This document shows positions 9,540-18,481 of a DNA stretch of 64,000 nucleotides, one piece after another. The DNA lies in assembly GCA_963728915.1 (NCBI GenBank), contig CAVSLV010000001.1:1344001-1408000 (forward strand), written 5' to 3'. The position numbers were made by a program, and so were the translations under genes. The notes beneath the pieces are model-generated. The model saw only the letters and a list, made by a program, of their open reading frames with translations. It was not told the DNA's origin and ran no database searches. Origin of the DNA: an uncultured Gemmatimonadales bacterium (GTDB lineage Bacteria > Gemmatimonadota > Gemmatimonadetes > Gemmatimonadales > GWC2-71-9). Positions within the stretch are counted from its first letter, which is position 1, and each line of letters opens with the position of its first letter.

Positions 9540-10865
9540 TCACAAGCGCTCCGAGAGATAGCCGGCGACGGCATCGAACGAGATCCGCTCCTGGGACATG
9601 CTGTCACGCTCCCGGACCGTGACCGTCCGGTCCGCGGCGCTCTGCCCGTCGACCGTGACGCAAAACGGCGTCCCGATCTCGTCCATCCGGCGGTAGCGGC
9701 GGCCAATGGCGCCACCATCGTCGTGAAAGGCGGCGAAACGCTTCCGCAGATCGTTGTACAACTCGAGGGCGATCTCCGGCATGCCATCCTTGTTCACCAG
9801 GGGAAGCACCGCCACCTTGACCGGCGCGACCCGGGGAGCAAGGCCCAGGACGGTGCGGGTCTCCCCTTCGACTTCCTCCTCGCGGAAGGCGTCGACCAGG
9901 ACGGTCAGCGCCACCCGGTCGGCCCCGGCCGACGTTTCGACGATGTAGGGGAGGTATCGCGCGTTGGCGGCCTGATCGAAGTACTCCAGCTTCTTCCCGG
10001 AGTGCTCCTGATGCCGGCTCAGGTCGAAGTCCCCGCGGTTGTGGATCCCCTCGATCTCGTTCCATCCGAAGGGGAACTGGTACTCGATGTCATAGGCGGC
10101 GCGGGCATAGTGCGCCAGCTCGGCGCCGGTGTGCTCGTGCCACCGGAGCTTGTCCGGGGTGAGCCCCAGCTCCTGGTGCCACGCCATGCGTAACCCGCGC
10201 CACCGTTCGAACCACTCGCCCGCCTCCACCGGTTTGACGAAGAACTGCATCTCCATCTGCTCGAATTCGCGGGTCCGGAAGATGAAGTTGCCGGGGGTGA
10301 TCTCGTTCCGGAACGCCTTCCCGATCTGGGCGATCCCGAAGGGAATCTTCTGCCGGGAACTCTGGAGCACGTTCAGGTAATTGACATAGATGCCCTGGGC
10401 GGTCTCCGGCCGCAGGTATACCACCGCGGCCTGCTCTTCCACCGGACCCATGAACGTCTTGAACATCAGGTTGAACATTCTGGGCTCGGTGAGGGCGCAG
10501 GTGGTGTGCTCTCCCGGATGCTTGGATGGCTTCTGGGGGCAGGCGGCCTGTCCCAGCTGATCGGCCCGGAACCGCGCCTTGCAGGTCTTGCAGTCGACCA
10601 GCGGATCGCTGAACCCGGCCACGTGCCCGGACGCTTCCCAGACCCGGGGATGCATCAGGATCGCGGCGTCGAGGCCCTCGATGTCTTCCCGGGACCGGAC
10701 CATGGAGTACCACCACAGATCCTTGATGTTCCTCTTCAGCTCGGCGCCGAGCGGTCCATAGTCCCACACCGAGCCCAACCCTCCGTAAATCTCGGAGGAC
10801 TGAAAAACGAACCCCCGCCGCTTGCAGAGGGAGACCAGTTTATCCATGATGGAGTTCGGCGCCAT
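9540..10865 (-). CDS. glyQS: Glycine--tRNA ligase, homodimeric (alpha2) type
   Basis: KRRGFVFQSSEIYGG, YLRPETAQG, FRNEITPGNFIFRTREFEQME, IGRRYRRMDEIGTP. Confidence 0.97.
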   Translation of the reverse strand: MAPNSIMDKLVSLCKRRGFVFQSSEIYGGLGSVWDYGPLGAELKRNIKDLWWYSMVRSREDIEGLDAAILMHPRVWEASGHVAGFSDPLVDCKTCKARFRADQLGQAACPQKPSKHPGEHTTCALTEPRMFNLMFKTFMGPVEEQAAVVYLRPETAQGIYVNYLNVLQSSRQKIPFGIAQIGKAFRNEITPGNFIFRTREFEQMEMQFFVKPVEAGEWFERWRGLRMAWHQELGLTPDKLRWHEHTGAELAHYARAAYDIEYQFPFGWNEIEGIHNRGDFDLSRHQEHSGKKLEYFDQAANARYLPYIVETSAGADRVALTVLVDAFREEEVEGETRTVLGLAPRVAPVKVAVLPLVNKDGMPEIALELYNDLRKRFAAFHDDGGAIGRRYRRMDEIGTPFCVTVDGQSAADRTVTVRERDSMSQERISFDAVAGYLSERL

Positions 10866-11016
10866 GGGGCGGGAAGATAGGCCGCCCAAGCTGGGAACTG
10901 CAAGCAAAGTGCAGAGTTGGGCGATCTGCAAGGCAACAACTCCGGGGTCGTGTTGCGGCCGCGCAACATCGACGGACCAATTGGTCAGGGACATAGGGTT
11001 AGGAGGGCCCCGACCC

Positions 11017-11032
11017 GGGCGCGGCGATTGCT
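11017..11032 (+). promoter_or_regulatory. Putative sigma54 (-24/-12) promoter of the minor pilin operon
   Basis: GGGCGCGGCGATTGCT: GG(11018-19)-N10-GC(11030-31) with TTGCT, about 50 nt before ATG 11081. Confidence 0.5.
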
Positions 11033-11080
11033 GTGTTAGATACCGTTTCGGGAGATGGGTTTTCCCTGCAAAGGACCGCG

Positions 11081-11659
11081 ATGGCGGCTACACGATTTCC
11101 CCGCGCGCGGCGCGGGTTCAGCCTGATCGAGCTCCTGGTGGTCGTGACCATCATCGGGATCATGGCGGCGATCGCCTATCCGGCCATCGACTCGCTCCGT
11201 AACAGCGCCGACTCCGCAATGATCCAGGTCGCCACGGCACTCCAGGCGGCCCAGCGGGAAGCGGTCGCTCGCCAGTACGATGTGCTGGTCGTCTTCGATG
11301 TGCCCCGAAACCGATTCCGGCTGGTCTTTGACGCGAACAACAACGGCATCGCCGACGGGGGCGAGCGCACCCGTGGAGTGGTGCTCGAGCCACAAATCGT
11401 GTTCGGGCGGGCTGGGGCACCGGCGCGCGGGTTCGGCCCCGGCCCGGTCACGCTCTCGGATGGTTCTCTGACCCTGACGTTCCACCGGAACGGGGCGGCA
11501 AGCGCCTCGGGGGGACTCTATCTGACCTCGACGAAGGCCGCGGCGGGGCTGACCAAGCGCAACCGCGACACCCGGGCGATCGAGATCGTGCGCGCCACTG
11601 GACGGATCGAGTGGTTCAAATATTCGGGCAGCGGGAGTACCTGGATGAAGAACTTCTGA
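11081..11659 (+). CDS. Minor pilin FimT/FimU/GspH-like
   Basis: Class III signal RRG/FSLIELLVVV; LQAAQREAVAR; LTFHRNG. Confidence 0.85.
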   Translation: MAATRFPRARRGFSLIELLVVVTIIGIMAAIAYPAIDSLRNSADSAMIQVATALQAAQREAVARQYDVLVVFDVPRNRFRLVFDANNNGIADGGERTRGVVLEPQIVFGRAGAPARGFGPGPVTLSDGSLTLTFHRNGAASASGGLYLTSTKAAAGLTKRNRDTRAIEIVRATGRIEWFKYSGSGSTWMKNF

Positions 11660-12045
11660 TGCGAGACCATTCCCGACGAAACGGCTTCACCCTCATCGAG
11701 GTGTTGATCGCGGTCGTCATCCTGGGCATCGCGGCGCTGTCGCTCATGCGGGTCACCGCCCGGATGATCCGGAGCGTGACCGACGATCGGACCCGCACCC
11801 TCGCGTCCGCTTCCGCCGATGCGCGGATCGCCCGGATCCGCGCCTGGCCCACCTACTCGACCCTTGAAGCGACTTTCGCAGGCACCGAGAGCAACACCCC
11901 GGTCAGCGGGCTCAGCCGGGTCACCACGATCGTCCGGACCGGCGGGATCGGCCAACCCAACGACTACAAGAAGGTGACCGTCACGGTGAGCGGCACGCAG
12001 CTCACCTCGAACGTCACCCGAACCGTCACTCTCGCACCGCCATGA
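11659..12045 (+). CDS. Minor pilin PilV-like
   Basis: G/FTLIEVLIAVVILGI; KKVTVTVS; TGATG coupling to the upstream gene. Confidence 0.85.
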   Translation: MRDHSRRNGFTLIEVLIAVVILGIAALSLMRVTARMIRSVTDDRTRTLASASADARIARIRAWPTYSTLEATFAGTESNTPVSGLSRVTTIVRTGGIGQPNDYKKVTVTVSGTQLTSNVTRTVTLAPP

Positions 12046-13205
12046 GACTCCATTCGATGCGCAACGAACGCGGCGTGACCCTGGTCGAGCTCATGATCGC
12101 CATGACCGTCTTCCTGATCGTCCTGGGAGGCGTGGTCAAGGCGATCGGGAGTCAATCGCAGGGATTCCGAAAAGGCGGCGACGAGCTGGGGATTCTCCAG
12201 AATCTCCGCTACGGCGTCGATCAGGTCGAGCAGGATCTCCGGCTGGCGGGGGCGAACACCGTCGCTCGGCAGCCTACCGTCGATTACGCGGGCGCCAGCG
12301 CCTTTGCGTTCAACGCCGACCTGGTGTCGAACGTCGTGGGAGACATCTCGGCGGTGTACATCGATCCCAACGCCCCGGCGGGTGAGGTCCAGGCGTGGAG
12401 CCTGGCGACGGCGACGGCCATTCCCGGCTCGAGCCCGTCGTTCACCTATCCCAAGGCGGATTATCCCACCAGCGCGGCCGAGACCGTGATGTTCTGGTTC
12501 ACCCTGGATACCGCCACGACCCGGACCGACGATTACATGCTGATGCGCCGGGTGAATGCCCGGCCCGGCGAGGTCCTGATGCGGAGCGTACTACCGCCGA
12601 CCACGGGCAACTTCTTCCGGTACTACTACGAGAATGCGCCGACGGGAGTGAACGCCACGCTCGACTCGATCCCGACCGCGTGGTACCCGCTGGCCCACAC
12701 CGCCGCGGTCCACGGCAGCCTGCCCGACACCGGGGTGCTCGCGCGGATCGACCTGGTCCGGGCGGTAGAGATGCGCTATCGGGTGACCAACGGGAGAACC
12801 GGGTCGGACGAGCGGATCCGGGACACCGATGCCATGATGGTGATGCCGAACGCGGGGGTGAAGAAGCTCTCGACCTGCGGCGACACACCGCTTTTCGGGA
12901 ACGCCGTGGTGGCCGCGTGGAACGCGACCTCGCCGGCGGGCATCTTGGTGACCTGGAACCGCTCGGTCGACCAGGACAGTGGTGAAGGCGACGTGATCCG
13001 ATATGTGATCTGGCGCCGGGTCGGGGTGGCCGGCGTCTGGGGCGATCCCCTGAAATCGTTGGCCGCCTCACAGAACACGGTGACCTACAGCGACAAGGAC
13101 ACCCAGGTAACCAGTGGCATCTCCTACCAGTACCGGGTGGCGGCGCAGGATTGCACCCCGGCATTGTCGAGCCAGAGCACTTCGAACTCGGTGACGGTCC
13201 CATGA
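12042..13205 (+). CDS. Minor pilin PilW-like with C-terminal fibronectin type III-like domain
   Basis: G/VTLVELMIAM; QDLRLAG; C-terminal VTWN..YVIWRR..YSD..YQYRVAA pattern. Confidence 0.82.
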   Translation: MRLHSMRNERGVTLVELMIAMTVFLIVLGGVVKAIGSQSQGFRKGGDELGILQNLRYGVDQVEQDLRLAGANTVARQPTVDYAGASAFAFNADLVSNVVGDISAVYIDPNAPAGEVQAWSLATATAIPGSSPSFTYPKADYPTSAAETVMFWFTLDTATTRTDDYMLMRRVNARPGEVLMRSVLPPTTGNFFRYYYENAPTGVNATLDSIPTAWYPLAHTAAVHGSLPDTGVLARIDLVRAVEMRYRVTNGRTGSDERIRDTDAMMVMPNAGVKKLSTCGDTPLFGNAVVAAWNATSPAGILVTWNRSVDQDSGEGDVIRYVIWRRVGVAGVWGDPLKSLAASQNTVTYSDKDTQVTSGISYQYRVAAQDCTPALSSQSTSNSVTVP

Positions 13206-13225
13206 CGGTTCCGATGGAGGAAGGT

Positions 13226-15007
13226 ATGCGCAGGGACGAACGCGGCATCGCGCTCATCACGGTCCTTCTGCTGGCGTTCGCGCTCAGCGCGCTGGCCCTG
13301 GGGGCCGGCATGATGACCATGAACACCGGCCTGATCCGGCGCTACAACGAACGGTTTGCCCTGGTGACCGACGGGGCACTGGCGGGACTCGAGGAAGGGC
13401 GGAGCCGTCTCAACGGCACCACCGGCCTCTATCCGGATAGCGGCTACGTCACGCTGGAGAACGGCGTCACGGTGAAGGACGCCAGTGGAAACGTGATCCC
13501 GGGCCTCACCCGGTGGACCTGGGCGGGCCCTAGCGGGGTTTCGTCCGGTCAATACGGCATCTTCGGCAGCATCATCAGCCGGGTGACCGACAACACCAAT
13601 ATGCAGGTGGTGCGCCGCCTGGAGATTACCCAGAGCAGCTTTGCGAAATATGCCTACTTCTCCACCATCGAAGGAGTGATCGTATTCGGGGGCGGAGACC
13701 AGATCATGGGGCCGCTCCACTCCAACGACGACATCACGGTCCACTCCACCGGGGCCCGATTCCGGGACGACGTCAGCACCGCCGGGATCGTCAACGGCGC
13801 CGGGTACGGCATCTTCGACAAGGGGTACACCACCCACGTGCCCCCCATCGCGATGCCGACCATGACCGATCTCACCAAATTGAAGGCGCAGGCGCAAGCC
13901 GGAAATACCTACTTCACCGGTTACAACACCGGCGCGGACGGGGAAGCACGAACCCGGGTCGAGTTCGTCGCGGTGGACTTGAACGGCAACGGCACCACCA
14001 CGGACGACGACGAAGGCTTCATCAAGGTCTACCAGGGCGTGAACGGGAATGAGGACTTCGTAACCGCCATCCGGCCGGGCGGCGCCTATCAGCCCAACGC
14101 GAACAACGTTCGGAACTGTGGCGACTACGGGACCGCGGGCACCTCCCCCTTCCTGGCGGCGGGCAGCCACACCGGCACGACCGCTTCCCCACACAACCAC
14201 AGCTCGAACTCCACGACCAACTCCAACCTCTCGATCCAGATGGGGAACGCGAGGTGCTACCTGGGTGGGGACAGTCACCTGACCAACGGCTGGGTGGCCT
14301 CCAATGGAGACGGAGCCTGGGTGCCGTGGGGCGGCGCAGTGGATTCTCGGCTCACCGCCCTCAAGGGCGCGGAAGCCCAGTACTACCATCCGATCACCCG
14401 CGCACTGAATCCGAACTTCAAGGGCGTGGTCTATGTGGACGGCAAGGTGGTGATCAGCGGGACGGTGCGGGGCCGGGTGACCCTGGTGTCCCCGAACCAG
14501 ATCATCATCGGCGACGACGTCAAGCAGAGCATCGATCCCGCGCTCGGCGTCTGCGATGACATCCTGGGACTGTTTTCAGGTGGCGACGTGGTGCTGGCCG
14601 ACAACGAGCTGTTCACGCCGCTCCAGTTGCCCAACGGGAACTGGCAGAACATGAAGGCCTACGGGAACGGGGACGAATACATCCACGCCGTCATCCTGGC
14701 GCTGGACATCTTCACCGCCGACAACTACAACCAGGGGCCTTCGAGTATCTCGGAAGGAGCCTGCGACGGAAACGACGCGGGCCGCGGCTGCCTCCGGCTG
14801 ACCGGTGGGCTGATCCAGCGCACCCGTGGCGCGGTGGGCTTGACCGACGGGCACGGCTACGTGAAGCGGTACTCCTACAACACCTGCGGGCTCACCGATC
14901 CGCCGCCCTACTTCCCGACCACCGGTTACTTCTCACGAAACCGGTTCTACGAGATCAACCCGATCGGATTCAACGTGGCGACCTGGTACGCGACGTACCA
15001 GCAGTAG
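13226..15007 (+). CDS. Minor pilin PilX-like with large C-terminal domain
   Basis: ERG/IALITVLLL lacking E5 as in PilX; A..GALAGLEEG; GGAGG SD; alternative start 13202. Confidence 0.8.
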   Translation: MRRDERGIALITVLLLAFALSALALGAGMMTMNTGLIRRYNERFALVTDGALAGLEEGRSRLNGTTGLYPDSGYVTLENGVTVKDASGNVIPGLTRWTWAGPSGVSSGQYGIFGSIISRVTDNTNMQVVRRLEITQSSFAKYAYFSTIEGVIVFGGGDQIMGPLHSNDDITVHSTGARFRDDVSTAGIVNGAGYGIFDKGYTTHVPPIAMPTMTDLTKLKAQAQAGNTYFTGYNTGADGEARTRVEFVAVDLNGNGTTTDDDEGFIKVYQGVNGNEDFVTAIRPGGAYQPNANNVRNCGDYGTAGTSPFLAAGSHTGTTASPHNHSSNSTTNSNLSIQMGNARCYLGGDSHLTNGWVASNGDGAWVPWGGAVDSRLTALKGAEAQYYHPITRALNPNFKGVVYVDGKVVISGTVRGRVTLVSPNQIIIGDDVKQSIDPALGVCDDILGLFSGGDVVLADNELFTPLQLPNGNWQNMKAYGNGDEYIHAVILALDIFTADNYNQGPSSISEGACDGNDAGRGCLRLTGGLIQRTRGAVGLTDGHGYVKRYSYNTCGLTDPPPYFPTTGYFSRNRFYEINPIGFNVATWYATYQQ

Positions 15008-15101
15008 CTAGGGCTTAGGGGCTAGGGGCTAGGGGCTCGGGGCTCGGGGCTCGGGGCTCGGGGCTCGGGGCACCCAGCCCCTAACCCCCAGCCTCTAGCC
15101 G
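15008..15101. repeat. Heptamer tandem-repeat hairpin (YTMGGGG x9 plus about 4 complementary units) between convergent pilX-like gene and purA
   Basis: ctagggc ttagggg ctagggg ctagggg (ctcgggg)x5 .. cagcccc taacccc cagcctc tagccgc. Confidence 0.9.
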
Positions 15102-16382
15102 CTAGCATTCAATGATCTGATCTCTTCGAGTCCCCACACTGACATATCGAATCGGCACTCCGGAGAGCTCCTCGAGCCGATCGAGGTAGGACCGGGCCTC
15201 CCGGGGAAGGTCGCCTAACCCGCGGGCTCCGTCGGTCGGCTGCCGCCATCCCGGGAGGGTCTCATACACCGGCCGGACCCGTTCCAGCCGGGTGGCCTCC
15301 GACGGAAGCTCGTCCAGCGTCGATCCCTCGAGTTCATACCCCCTGGCCAGCGGGATCCGCTCGAACCCATCCAGCACGTCGAGCTTGGTCACCGCGAGGG
15401 CGGTGAGTCCGTTGATCCGGGCCGCATAGCGGACCACGGCGGCATCGAACCAGCCGCAGCGACGGGGCCGCCCGGTCACCGCGCCGAACTCCCCGCCGAT
15501 CCGCCGCAGGCGTTCCTCGATCTCCGGCTCCGCCGCAGTTGGGAGGGGACCGTTTCCTACCCGCGTGGTGTATGCCTTCACCACGCCGAGCACGGCGTGG
15601 ATCGCGGTGGGTCCGAGGCCGGCCCCTGGAGCGGCCCCACCGGCGGTGGTCGTCGAGGAGGTCACATAGGGATAGGTTCCGTGATCGATGTCCAATAGGG
15701 CGCCCTGAGCGCCTTCCAGCAGGACCTTCTTCCCTTCCTTGAGCCCGCGATAAAGCAGGGCCCCGGTATCCGCCGCCAGCGGAAGCAACCGGGAGCTGAT
15801 CACCTCCAGGAGCCCGACGTGCTCGTCGTAGGAAGCCTGCTCGTTCATCCCCGCGAGCTGGAGCAGACGGTTGGCCCGGTCCACCCCTTCCCGAATCAGG
15901 CGCCGGGACTCCTCCGGGTTACGAAGATCGCCAACCCGGATCCCCCGCCGCCCGACCTTGTCTTCGTACGCGGGCCCGATTCCCCGGCCGGTGGTTCCGA
16001 TCTGCTGGCGGCGTTCCCCCGCGGTGTCGAGCAGTTTGTGGTAGGGGAGCACCAGGTGCGCCCGGTCCGAGACGATCAGCCGCCCGGCCACCTCGACCCG
16101 TCGCTCGTTCAGGGCGTCCAGCTCCTCGAACAAGGCGATCGGATCGACGACCACGCCATTGCCGAGCACGCAGACCGCCTGGGGATTGAGGATCCCGGAG
16201 GGAATGAGCCGCAGCACGAACTGGGATGGACCGACCACCACGGTGTGTCCCGCGTTGGCACCGCCCTGATAGCGCACCACCAGGTCGGCCTGTTCCGCCA
16301 GGACGTCCACGATTTTCCCTTTGCCCTCGTCGCCCCATTGCGCCCCGACGACCACGATACAGGACCGTCCCGGTCCGAACAC
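15102..16382 (-). CDS. purA: Adenylosuccinate synthetase
   Basis: GAQWGDEGKGK, GGANAGHT, GTTGRGIGPAY, EGAQG..DIDHGTYPYVTSS, TGRPRRCGWFD. Confidence 0.98.
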   Translation of the reverse strand: MFGPGRSCIVVVGAQWGDEGKGKIVDVLAEQADLVVRYQGGANAGHTVVVGPSQFVLRLIPSGILNPQAVCVLGNGVVVDPIALFEELDALNERRVEVAGRLIVSDRAHLVLPYHKLLDTAGERRQQIGTTGRGIGPAYEDKVGRRGIRVGDLRNPEESRRLIREGVDRANRLLQLAGMNEQASYDEHVGLLEVISSRLLPLAADTGALLYRGLKEGKKVLLEGAQGALLDIDHGTYPYVTSSTTTAGGAAPGAGLGPTAIHAVLGVVKAYTTRVGNGPLPTAAEPEIEERLRRIGGEFGAVTGRPRRCGWFDAAVVRYAARINGLTALAVTKLDVLDGFERIPLARGYELEGSTLDELPSEATRLERVRPVYETLPGWRQPTDGARGLGDLPREARSYLDRLEELSGVPIRYVSVGTRRDQIIEC

Positions 16383-17455
16383 TAGTCGGCGGACCCTTTC
16401 CGGCCTCTTCCCTTGCGCTCGGGCAGGGCGCCCAGGGCTTTCGCGGTCTCGCTGGTGATCAGCTCGTTCTCGACCAGTTCGGCGAGGTGCTGCTCGAAAG
16501 TCTGCATTCCCGACTTGCCCCGCTCGTCCCCGATCAGCTCCTTGATCTCATCCAGCCGGCCGGGATCTCGCAGCACTTCGCGATTCTCGGGGGTGGCGAC
16601 CAGGACCTCCACCGCGGGGATCCTTCCTCCATCGGCGGCGGGAACCAGCTGCTGGGCAATGACCGCGCAGAGGGCCTCGGTGAAGCGGAAGCGGGCAATC
16701 TCATCGGACGCCAGCATCGAATAGATCAGCCGGAGGGTGCTGGCCACGTCCGGCGCCGGGATCGCGGTGAGAACCAGTCGTCCGGTCTCGGCGGCCTTGA
16801 TCGCATAGTCGATCGTCTCGTGGCCCCGAAGGTCGCCCAGCACGATGACGTCGGGGTCCTGACGCAGCGCCGCCCGAAGTGCGACCCCGACCGAATCGGT
16901 ATCGACCCCGACTTCCCGCTGGGTCATCGAACAGGACAGGTCTCGATGCAGAAACTCGATCGGATTCTCGATCGTCACCACGTGGCGATGCTGGCTCTGG
17001 TTCATGTGGTGGAGCATCGCCGCGATGGTCGAGCTCTTCCCGCTTCCGGTGGTCCCGCTGACCAGGATCAGCCCGGAGGTGTGCTCGGTCAGCCGGGCCA
17101 GGACCGGCGGCAGATGGAGTTGCTCGAGATTGGGAACTGCGAAGGCAATCACCCGCATCACGATCATGTAGGAGGATCGCTGACGAAGGATATTGACCCG
17201 GAACCGGCCCACGCCCGGCATGCCCCAGGAACAGTCGTAGTCCTTGATCAGGTCGAGCCGGGCCCGGTCCTCGTCGGTCGTCATCAGGCGCATGGCGATG
17301 GCCCGGGTCTGCTCGGGCGAAAGCCGCTGCTTGGTCAGCGCGACCAGCTTGCCGTCGATCCGGGCCCGGAAGAGATCGCCGGCCTTGATATGAATGTCGG
17401 ATGCGCCGCGCTCGACCGCGGCTTTGATGATCCGCTCCAGCGGTACCTGGGCCAT
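16382..17455 (-). CDS. pilT: PilT/PilU-family type IV pilus ATPase with degenerate Walker B and His box
   Basis: GASDIHI, GRFRVN, GTTGSGKSST, QREVG, ALRQDPDVI, GMQTF. Confidence 0.88.
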   Translation of the reverse strand: MAQVPLERIIKAAVERGASDIHIKAGDLFRARIDGKLVALTKQRLSPEQTRAIAMRLMTTDEDRARLDLIKDYDCSWGMPGVGRFRVNILRQRSSYMIVMRVIAFAVPNLEQLHLPPVLARLTEHTSGLILVSGTTGSGKSSTIAAMLHHMNQSQHRHVVTIENPIEFLHRDLSCSMTQREVGVDTDSVGVALRAALRQDPDVIVLGDLRGHETIDYAIKAAETGRLVLTAIPAPDVASTLRLIYSMLASDEIARFRFTEALCAVIAQQLVPAADGGRIPAVEVLVATPENREVLRDPGRLDEIKELIGDERGKSGMQTFEQHLAELVENELITSETAKALGALPERKGRGRKGSAD

Positions 17456-18444
17456 TACGTCCCCCGGTAGAAGCCCATACGCCGTTGCACCCCATCCAGG
17501 GTGTCCCGCGCCAACTCCCGGGCGCGCTCCGCGCCCAGCTTGAGGATCCCATCGACCCGATCCCGATCCGCGTTCAGCTCGGCGGCGCGGGCCTGGATCG
17601 GTGCGAGCGTCGCCACCATGCTGTCGGCCAGGACCCGCTTGCAATCGAGACAGCCCCAGCCCGCGGTGCGGCACTGCTGGGCCACGTGCAGCACCGTTTC
17701 GGGTGAGGAAAAGTGCTGGTGCAGGGCGTAGAGGTTGCAGAGCTCGGGGGTGCCCGGATCCTTGCGGGTCACCCGGGCGGGGTCGGTGGCCGCGGGACGC
17801 AGCTTCTGCCAGATCTCCTCGGGGGGATCGAGCAGGCCGACCGTATTCCCCAGGCTCTTCGACATCTTGGTCTGCCCGTCAAGACCCTTGATGCGCTTGG
17901 CGGTGGTCAGCAGGGCCTCGGGCTCGGGAAGAAACGGGTCATTGGCCGCATACAGGGCATTCCAGCGCCGGGCAATTTCGCGGGCCAGCTCGAGATGCTG
18001 GACCTGGTCTTCGCCCACCGGGACCTTGTTGGCCCGGTACAGAAGGATGTCGGCGGTCTGGAGAACAGGATAGCAGAGGATTCCGGCTGGAATACTCTCC
18101 AGCTTCTCGGTCTTATCTTTGAACTGGGTCATCCGCTCGAGCTCGCCGAGCGGCGCCACCGAGGTGAGCAACCAGTTGAGCTCGGAATGCTCGGGCACCG
18201 CGGATTGGACGAACACCACCGCCCGCTCGGGGTCGATGCCCGCCGCGAGCAACCCGATCGCCATGTCGCGGGTGCGCGCCGCCAGCGTCGGGACGTCGTA
18301 GGGAAGCGTGATCGCGTGCAGATCCACGATGCAGTACACGCAGGCAAATCGCTCCTGCAGCGCGACCCAGTTGCGGACCGCGCCGAGCCAGTTGCCGATA
18401 TGAAGTTCGCCGGTGGGTTGAATGCCGGAGAAGATCCGGTCCAT
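17455..18444 (-). CDS. trpS: Tryptophan--tRNA ligase
   Basis: FSGIQPTGELHIGNW, YPVLQTADIL, VPVGEDQVQHLE, KMSKS. Confidence 0.97.
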   Translation of the reverse strand: MDRIFSGIQPTGELHIGNWLGAVRNWVALQERFACVYCIVDLHAITLPYDVPTLAARTRDMAIGLLAAGIDPERAVVFVQSAVPEHSELNWLLTSVAPLGELERMTQFKDKTEKLESIPAGILCYPVLQTADILLYRANKVPVGEDQVQHLELAREIARRWNALYAANDPFLPEPEALLTTAKRIKGLDGQTKMSKSLGNTVGLLDPPEEIWQKLRPAATDPARVTRKDPGTPELCNLYALHQHFSSPETVLHVAQQCRTAGWGCLDCKRVLADSMVATLAPIQARAAELNADRDRVDGILKLGAERARELARDTLDGVQRRMGFYRGT

Positions 18445-18451
18445 TGGGGGC

Positions 18452-18480
18452 AAGCTACCTCGCTCGAGAATCGGCGGCAA
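18452..18480 (-). promoter_or_regulatory. sigma70 promoter of trpS (likely leaderless transcript)
   Basis: TTGCCG-17 nt-TAGCTT-7 nt-ATG; no SD. Confidence 0.6.
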
Positions 18481-18481
18481 G

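Noticed and set aside
15008..15101. Possible CRISPR array, here or at the other repeat loci
   Set aside because: Units are 7-9 nt with no unique spacers, and no cas genes are present.
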